Assembly: GCA_031255495.1 (NCBI GenBank)
Contig: JAIRSK010000020.1
Coordinates: 9,367-73,366 of the forward strand
Reading direction: 5' to 3'
Origin: Candidatus Endomicrobiellum devescovinae
GTDB lineage: Bacteria > Elusimicrobiota > Endomicrobiia > Endomicrobiales > Endomicrobiaceae
DNA length: 64,000 nucleotides
Made by a program: the position numbers and the translations under genes. Shown here in pieces: positions 58,579 through 64,000 of this stretch (within the stretch, counting starts at the first letter, position 1; each line of letters opens with the position of its first letter). A model generated the notes under the pieces. The model was not told the origin of the DNA, searched no databases, and worked only from the letters and a program-made list of their open reading frames with translations.

Positions 58579-59085
58579 CTAATAGTGGTGTAGAGAGTTT
58601 AAAATATTATTTACAACTTGTCTCGGCGTTAATCCATCAGTATTAAAGGCATAATCGCAGTCTGAATATACTTCTTTTCTTAATTCTAAAAGTCTTTTTA
58701 TTTCATCTAAAGGATTTTCGTGCTTTAAGAGCGGTCTTGTTGAATCAGATTTGACTCTGTAATATATCACTTCGGGAGAAGCGTAAAGATTTATTATTAT
58801 TCCCTTATTTCCTAAAAGTTTAATGTTTGACGGATTAAGAACAGCCCCTCCTCCGCAAGATATTACAGAAGGGTGCTCTTGTTGCGATAAAGTTCTTATA
58901 ATTTCTGATTCCGTTTGTCTAAACTCTTTTTCGCCAAACTTTTCAAAAATCATGCTTATTGAAAGCCCTATTTTTTTCTCTATCAAAGCGTCAGTATCAA
59001 AAAAAACTCTGTGGAGTTCTTCTGAAAGAAGCTTCCCAGTAACAGATTTTCCGACACCCATAAAACCTGTTAAAACTAAATTCAT
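58579..59085 (-). CDS. aroK: shikimate kinase
   Basis: 168 aa; LTGFMGVGKS Walker A; DTD; GGG. Confidence 0.9.
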   Translation of the reverse strand: MNLVLTGFMGVGKSVTGKLLSEELHRVFFDTDALIEKKIGLSISMIFEKFGEKEFRQTESEIIRTLSQQEHPSVISCGGGAVLNPSNIKLLGNKGIIINLYASPEVIYYRVKSDSTRPLLKHENPLDEIKRLLELRKEVYSDCDYAFNTDGLTPRQVVNNILNSLHHY

Positions 59086-60242
59086 TATAACGATTTTATC
59101 CTTTCTTTGTAATCGCTTACTCTTTTCTTAATATCTTCAATAGAATCTCCACCGAATTTTTCTGCTAAAGCTTTAGCAAGCTCTATGGCAACTGAAGCCT
59201 CAGCAATAACACCCGCAGCAGGAACCGCACAAACGTCACTTCTAACAGTCTCTGCTTTTGCTGATTCTTTTGTTTTTAGATTTACTGAGTTAAGGGCATT
59301 TACAAGCGAAGGTATGGGTTTCATTGTACAAGTTATAACTATAGGCTCACCATTGCTCATTCCACCTTCTATACCGCCAGCTCTGTTAGTTTCTCTATAA
59401 AAACCTTTTGTTTTATCGTAGAAAATCTCATCATGAGCTTTTGAACCGAAAAGCTCTGCAAGTTTGACTCCATCTCCAAACTCAACAGCTTTCATAGCCT
59501 GAATAGAAATTAAGGCTTGGGCAAGTCGTCCGTCAAGTTTTAAATCATGCTGGACATGGCTTCCAAGACCAACGGGAACATTCTTAGCTACAACTATAAT
59601 CTTACCACCAAGCGTATCACCCTTTAAAGAAGCTACTTCTATCAATTTTTTCATTTTCTTATCAGCTTCAACATCTGGAGATCTCAGCTCAGAGCTTTCA
59701 ACATTATCCCAAAACTTTTCTTCTTCAATTGAAATGTTTTCAACAGCAACGCTTCCAATTTGCGAAGTGTAAGACATAACACTTATACCAACCTCTCTTA
59801 AAAGAGCTTTGCACACAGCTCCAGCTGCCACTCTAGCTGCTGTTTCTCTAGCAGACGCTCTTTCAAGAATATCTCTAAAATCTTCTAAACCGTACTTCAT
59901 AAGACCAGGCAGATCAGCATGCCCGGGGCGAGGACTTAAAAGAGGAGCGCTACTAGACTCTTTTGAAAAAGGCGACATTATGTCTGCCCAATTTTTAAAA
60001 TCTTTATTGAAAATAAGCATAGCTACTGGAGAACCCAAAGACTTGCAGCGGCGTATGCCTGATAAAATTTTTACTTTATCAGTTTCTATACGCATTCTTT
60101 TGCCCCTGCCATAACCTTTTTGTCTTCTCGCAAGTTCTAAATTTATATTATCAATATCTATAATAAGTCCAGCAGGAATCCCTTCAACAATTGCTACCAA
60201 AGCTTCTCCGTGAGATTCTCCAGCAGTAGTAAACCTGATCAT
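59085..60242 (-). CDS. aroC: chorismate synthase
   Basis: MIRFTTAGESHG start at 60242 with a GGAG RBS; the track ORF adds 4 aa. RPGHAD; RSDVCAVPAAGVI. Confidence 0.93.
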   Translation of the reverse strand: MIRFTTAGESHGEALVAIVEGIPAGLIIDIDNINLELARRQKGYGRGKRMRIETDKVKILSGIRRCKSLGSPVAMLIFNKDFKNWADIMSPFSKESSSAPLLSPRPGHADLPGLMKYGLEDFRDILERASARETAARVAAGAVCKALLREVGISVMSYTSQIGSVAVENISIEEEKFWDNVESSELRSPDVEADKKMKKLIEVASLKGDTLGGKIIVVAKNVPVGLGSHVQHDLKLDGRLAQALISIQAMKAVEFGDGVKLAELFGSKAHDEIFYDKTKGFYRETNRAGGIEGGMSNGEPIVITCTMKPIPSLVNALNSVNLKTKESAKAETVRSDVCAVPAAGVIAEASVAIELAKALAEKFGGDSIEDIKKRVSDYKERIKSL

Positions 60243-60300
60243 AATTTTCTCCACAGCAAATTAATGTGTATATATTAATTATTATAACATAAGTATTTTC

Positions 60301-60341
60301 AATACAAAAATTCCCACGTAAATTTTAACGTGAGAGTTTTT
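60301..60341 (-). terminator. possible purB terminator (bidirectional hairpin)
   Basis: TTCCCACGT-N8-ACGTGAGAG imperfect stem flanked by A5/T5 runs, about 160 nt after the purB stop. Confidence 0.3.
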
Positions 60342-60501
60342 GTTAAATATATGAAAAGTTTTTCTTGTTAAACTAAACGACTTTTTTCTTAAACTTATGT
60401 TCAAAATATCTTGCTACTTTACTAAACTTGAGCGCTTTGACGCAGGATAGAGAAATCGTAGAGTGCAATCTTTAAATCTTTGCAAGCATTGCACGTTGAC
60501 T

Positions 60502-61797
60502 TTATTTTTTAAATACTCGTTTAAAAATATATCCTACATTTTTAAATTGAGATTTTACGGCGCAATCTTTTCTGATCTCATCAGGATTCATATATTTTTT
60601 TATGTCTTGGCTTCTAAGACATGCTTCCTCAAAAGATATTTTGTTATCCCTTGCATCAAATGCTGCAGCCTGTGTCATTGCATAAGCATCTTCTCTAGAT
60701 ACGCCTTTGTCCACCAAAGAGAGAAGCGCAGTCCCAGAAAAAATAATATCTTTTGTTTTGTCTATGTTTGCCTGCATGTTTTTAGGGTAAACATTAAGAC
60801 CTGACAATAACCCTTGCATTCTGATAAGCATGTAGTGTAAAACTATTGAAGCATCGGGAAACATAATCCTTTCCGTGGAAGAATGGCTTATGTCGCGCTC
60901 GTGCCACAACGCTATATTTTCCATAGCGGTAACAGCATATCCCCTTAAAAGGCGAGCAAGTCCGCAGATATTTTCCGAAATTATAGGGTTTCTTTTGTGC
61001 GGCATAGCAGACGATCCTTTTTGCCCTTTCGTAAACGGCTCTTCAGCTTCCGCTACTTCCGTCCTTTGTAAATGTCTTATTTCTACGGCAATCCTTTCAA
61101 GACATGCACCGACGTGTGCCAAAGTAGAAAAATAAATTGAATGTCTGTCGCGGGGAACGATTTGCGTAGAAACAGGTTCTGGCTTCAATCCCATTTTTTT
61201 GCATACATACTTCTCAACGCTAGGATCCAAATGAGCCATAGTGCCAACTGCACCTGAAATTTTACCATAGCTTACAGTCTCAAGAGCAAAATTCAATCTA
61301 TTTAAAGACCTCATAATTTCACTGTACCAAGAAGCTACCTTTAATCCAAAAGTCATCGGCTCTGCATGCACACCGTGAGTTCTTCCCATTATAGGAGTCA
61401 TCTTATACTTATTTGCCAACTTTGCCGTTATAACAGACAATTTCTTAGTCTCTTCTATAAGAAGTTCTGTAGCTTGTCTAAGCTGCGCACCAGTAGCTGT
61501 GTCTAAAACATCGGAAGACGTCATACCTAAATGTAAAAAACGTCCTTCATGACCAACAGTCTCAACAACGCTAGTAAGAAAAGCTATAACGTCGTGCTTA
61601 ACTGTAAGTTCTATTTTGGCTATTCTTTTAACATTTATTTTTGCTTTTTTCTTTATGGTCTCCACAGCTTTTTTGGGAACTGTGCCTAACTTTGACATAG
61701 CTTCCGCTGCAAAAATTTCAACTTCAAGCATTTTTTTAAATCTGTTTTCATCTGACCAAACTGCAGCCATTTCAGGCTTAGTATAACGAGAAATCAT
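60502..61797 (-). CDS. purB: adenylosuccinate lyase
   Basis: 431 aa; MISRYTKPEM; GMTSSDV; GSSAMPHKRNP signature. Confidence 0.95.
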   Translation of the reverse strand: MISRYTKPEMAAVWSDENRFKKMLEVEIFAAEAMSKLGTVPKKAVETIKKKAKINVKRIAKIELTVKHDVIAFLTSVVETVGHEGRFLHLGMTSSDVLDTATGAQLRQATELLIEETKKLSVITAKLANKYKMTPIMGRTHGVHAEPMTFGLKVASWYSEIMRSLNRLNFALETVSYGKISGAVGTMAHLDPSVEKYVCKKMGLKPEPVSTQIVPRDRHSIYFSTLAHVGACLERIAVEIRHLQRTEVAEAEEPFTKGQKGSSAMPHKRNPIISENICGLARLLRGYAVTAMENIALWHERDISHSSTERIMFPDASIVLHYMLIRMQGLLSGLNVYPKNMQANIDKTKDIIFSGTALLSLVDKGVSREDAYAMTQAAAFDARDNKISFEEACLRSQDIKKYMNPDEIRKDCAVKSQFKNVGYIFKRVFKK

Positions 61798-61868
61798 TTT
61801 TAACCTCTTAAATTTTCTTCTACAACTTTTTTAATTGCCTGTGGGTATATTTTATGCTTTATTCTTAT
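61798..61868 (-). pseudogene. duplicated purN 3' end fragment (stop codon + last ~20 codons) retained upstream of purB
   Basis: 61801-61860 equals 62944-63003 with one mismatch over 60 nt. Contains the AAGAGG that serves as the purB RBS. Confidence 0.8.
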
Positions 61869-61877
61869 ATTTCTAAA

Positions 61878-61900
61878 TTTTCCAGACAATATCTAGAAAA
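61878..61900 (-). terminator. hairpin after the DUF1016 gene
   Basis: Minus-strand RNA UUUUCUAGAUA-U-UGUCUGGAAAA forms 11 bp including two G-U pairs, 5 nt after the stop. It is a diverged copy of an in-gene palindrome. Confidence 0.4.
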
Positions 61901-61904
61901 TTTT

Positions 61905-62909
61905 TTAATCATTTAATATTTCTTTTACTTTGTTTTCTAATAATTTCTTATCAGGTAAATATAACTGATATTTTGAAACAAAAATTTTATTTGAAAGTCC
62001 GCCTGTAGCATATTTTACAAGAAATTCATTTTTATCAGCGGCTATAATGATTCCTATTGGATCATTATCACCTTCAACATTTTCTTCATCCTTAAAGTAA
62101 TTCAAATACAGATTCATTTGCCCAATATCTTGGTGTTTAACTTTTGAAGATTTTAAGTCAATAAGAACAAAACATTTTAATATTCTGTGATAAAAAACTA
62201 AATCAATGTAATAATGCTCGTTATCTATTGTAATTTTGTGTTGCCTTGCAACAAAAGAGAAGCCATTGCCTAATTCTAATAGAAATTTCTGCAAATTATC
62301 AATCAATTTCCTTTCCAAAGTTCTTTCTTTAATAATTTGCCCTTTTGGTAATTCATAAAATTCAAAAATATACGGATCTTTGATGGTATCTTTTGGACTT
62401 GCTATTTCTTGCCCTTTGTTTGCAAGAGCCAACACTCCCTTTTTATCTTTGCTTAACGCTAATCGTTGAAACAAAGCTGTTTTTATCTGTCTTTTTAATT
62501 CTCTGAAACTCCAATTTTCTTTTATTGACTGCTTCTCATAAAAAGACCTTGCTAAATCGTCGGATACCGTTAAAAGTTCTGAATAATGGCTCCAACTTAA
62601 TTTTCCAGACAGTGTCTGGAAAATTGGGTATTTAATATAGAACTGTCTGCATAAATATATTGAACTTTTACTAAAACCATTACCATTTTTATATTTCAAA
62701 TCTTTTGAAATTTTTGATAACAGAGAACTTCCGTAAACTGCTTTTTCTTTACCCTTCTGTTCGTATTCAACAATATATCTTCCGATTTCCCAATTTGCTT
62801 TTATCAATTCATTATTTATAGCTTTAAAAGCATTTTCCTTTGCTCTTTGAACTAAATTTGTAATATTATTGATAAGTTGATTGTACATCTTATTATTGGT
62901 AAGTTTCAC
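61905..62909 (-). CDS. PDDEXK nuclease, DUF1016 (YhcG) family
   Basis: 334 aa. N-terminal YhcG-type helical region (AINNELIKANWEIGRYIVE...SWSHYSELL). C-terminal PD-(D/E)xK core (YYIDLVFYHRILKCFVLIDLKSSK). Confidence 0.8.
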   Translation of the reverse strand: MKLTNNKMYNQLINNITNLVQRAKENAFKAINNELIKANWEIGRYIVEYEQKGKEKAVYGSSLLSKISKDLKYKNGNGFSKSSIYLCRQFYIKYPIFQTLSGKLSWSHYSELLTVSDDLARSFYEKQSIKENWSFRELKRQIKTALFQRLALSKDKKGVLALANKGQEIASPKDTIKDPYIFEFYELPKGQIIKERTLERKLIDNLQKFLLELGNGFSFVARQHKITIDNEHYYIDLVFYHRILKCFVLIDLKSSKVKHQDIGQMNLYLNYFKDEENVEGDNDPIGIIIAADKNEFLVKYATGGLSNKIFVSKYQLYLPDKKLLENKVKEILND

Positions 62910-62942
62910 TAAATACCTCTATTATATTATCCTTATGCCCAT

Positions 62943-63542
62943 TTAACCTCTTAAATTTTCTTCTATAACTTTTTTAATTGCCTGTGGGTATATTTTATGC
63001 TCTACTTCTAAAACTTTTCTTGCCACTTCTTCAGGAGTATCGCTCTTAGAGACTTCTACTTCTTTCTGCAGAATTATTTTGCCAGAATCATATTCTTCAT
63101 TTGCAAAATGCACAGTTGCTCCAGATTTTTTTTCCCCTGCTTTTACAACAGCCTCGTGAACAAAATGCCCATACATACCTTTGCCGCCAAATTTTGGAAG
63201 AAGAGCAGGGTGAATGTTTAAAATTCTTCCATTATAAACATCTAATATTTCTTTATCTATCATTCTCATATAGCCAGCAAGGCAGACTAAGTCGGCATTT
63301 GCGGCTTGAAGTTCTGTAAGAACTTCCTTGTTAAAAGATTCGTCATCTTTAAAACTCTTTCTTTCTATACAAACAGATTTTATATTTTCTTTTTTTGCTC
63401 TTTCCAAAACAAAAGCATTTGTATTGTTTGAAATAACCAAAACGACTTCAGCCAGACCTTTTAATACGCCGAACTTATGCGCATCTACTATAGCTTGCAT
63501 ATTAGAGCCGCCGCCGGAAGCTAAAATTACAAGCCTAATCAT
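62943..63542 (-). CDS. purN: phosphoribosylglycinamide formyltransferase
   Basis: 199 aa; VLASGGGSN; NIHPALLP; start overlaps the purM stop (ATGA). Confidence 0.93.
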   Translation of the reverse strand: MIRLVILASGGGSNMQAIVDAHKFGVLKGLAEVVLVISNNTNAFVLERAKKENIKSVCIERKSFKDDESFNKEVLTELQAANADLVCLAGYMRMIDKEILDVYNGRILNIHPALLPKFGGKGMYGHFVHEAVVKAGEKKSGATVHFANEEYDSGKIILQKEVEVSKSDTPEEVARKVLEVEHKIYPQAIKKVIEENLRG

Positions 63543-64000
63543 ATAATTTCAACGCCTCTATTTCCTTTTTTAGTATAACCTATGGCTTTAGCACCCTTGA
63601 AAAACTTTTTAACTTGCAAAGCTGTTTCAGGGCGAACAATCAAAACCATTCCTATTCCCATGTTAAGAGTTCTATAAATATCATCCTGCGGAACTTTTCC
63701 TTTTTCTTGAACAAGTTTAAAAATTTCAGGAACTTTCCAAGAATTTTTTTCAATTACTACTCTAATACTTTCTGGGAGAATTCTTTCTATTTTATCGTAA
63801 AAACTTCCGCCTGTAATATGGGCTATGCCGACTATATTTTGTTTGTTTGAGTTAAACTTTGAAAGAGCTGCTAAAACTTCTTTAACATAAATTTTAGTCG
63901 GAGCAAGTAGCTGTTTTGAGTATCTTTTAAGTTCTGCGTCAGAAAAAACTTTTCTTATAAGAGAATATCCATTTGAGTGCGGACCGCTTGAAGGAAGACC
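63539..64000 (-). CDS. purM: phosphoribosylformylglycinamidine cyclo-ligase, C-terminal part (gene runs off the right window edge)
   Basis: Open at the edge, so absent from the track. Reverse translation gives ...LPSSGPHSNGYSLIRK...GIAHITGGSFYDKI...RTLNMGIGMVLIV..., the AIR synthetase C-domain. Confidence 0.85.
   Translation of the reverse strand, partial: GLPSSGPHSNGYSLIRKVFSDAELKRYSKQLLAPTKIYVKEVLAALSKFNSNKQNIVGIAHITGGSFYDKIERILPESIRVVIEKNSWKVPEIFKLVQEKGKVPQDDIYRTLNMGIGMVLIVRPETALQVKKFFKGAKAIGYTKKGNRGVEII

Overview
Low-GC bacterial chromosome segment from a diderm-type organism (LptE, autotransporter, outer-membrane barrels). It is almost entirely minus-strand housekeeping operons. Main blocks: pnp-rpsO; a T-box-controlled trpEGDCFBA operon; leuS-lptE-ftsB; xseAB-ispA-dxs-tlyA; rny; zapB-like-zapA-6S RNA-rarA-5-FCL; porCDAB; dnaX-recR; a plus-strand glycan-modification trio; clpB and cysE; fba, accA, aroKC and purMN/purB. 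Three accessory patches stand out. (1) 4.2-10.0 kb holds an apparently intact type II-C cas9-cas1-cas2 operon whose array is only two diverged 36/37-nt repeats. The repeats are 425 bp apart, and the interval encodes a Cys-rich signal-peptide-bearing 42-aa peptide plus a 62-aa two-TM protein. Both genes are co-oriented with a promoter embedded in each repeat. The pseudo-spacer next to the cas-proximal repeat recurs imperfectly about 290 bp upstream of cas9, and no convincing tracrRNA was found. (2) 45-55 kb holds a locally GC-rich orphan gene convergent with an operon of a PorV-like barrel-TPR fusion, a cargo-less CTD/FlgD-Ig mini-protein and two YD-repeat proteins, downstream of a two-component system. 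(3) 61.8-63.0 kb holds a solo DUF1016/YhcG-type PDDEXK nuclease gene inserted at the purN-purB junction and flanked by a ~60-bp duplication. Product names come from motif recognition by eye; no homology searches or folding programs were run.
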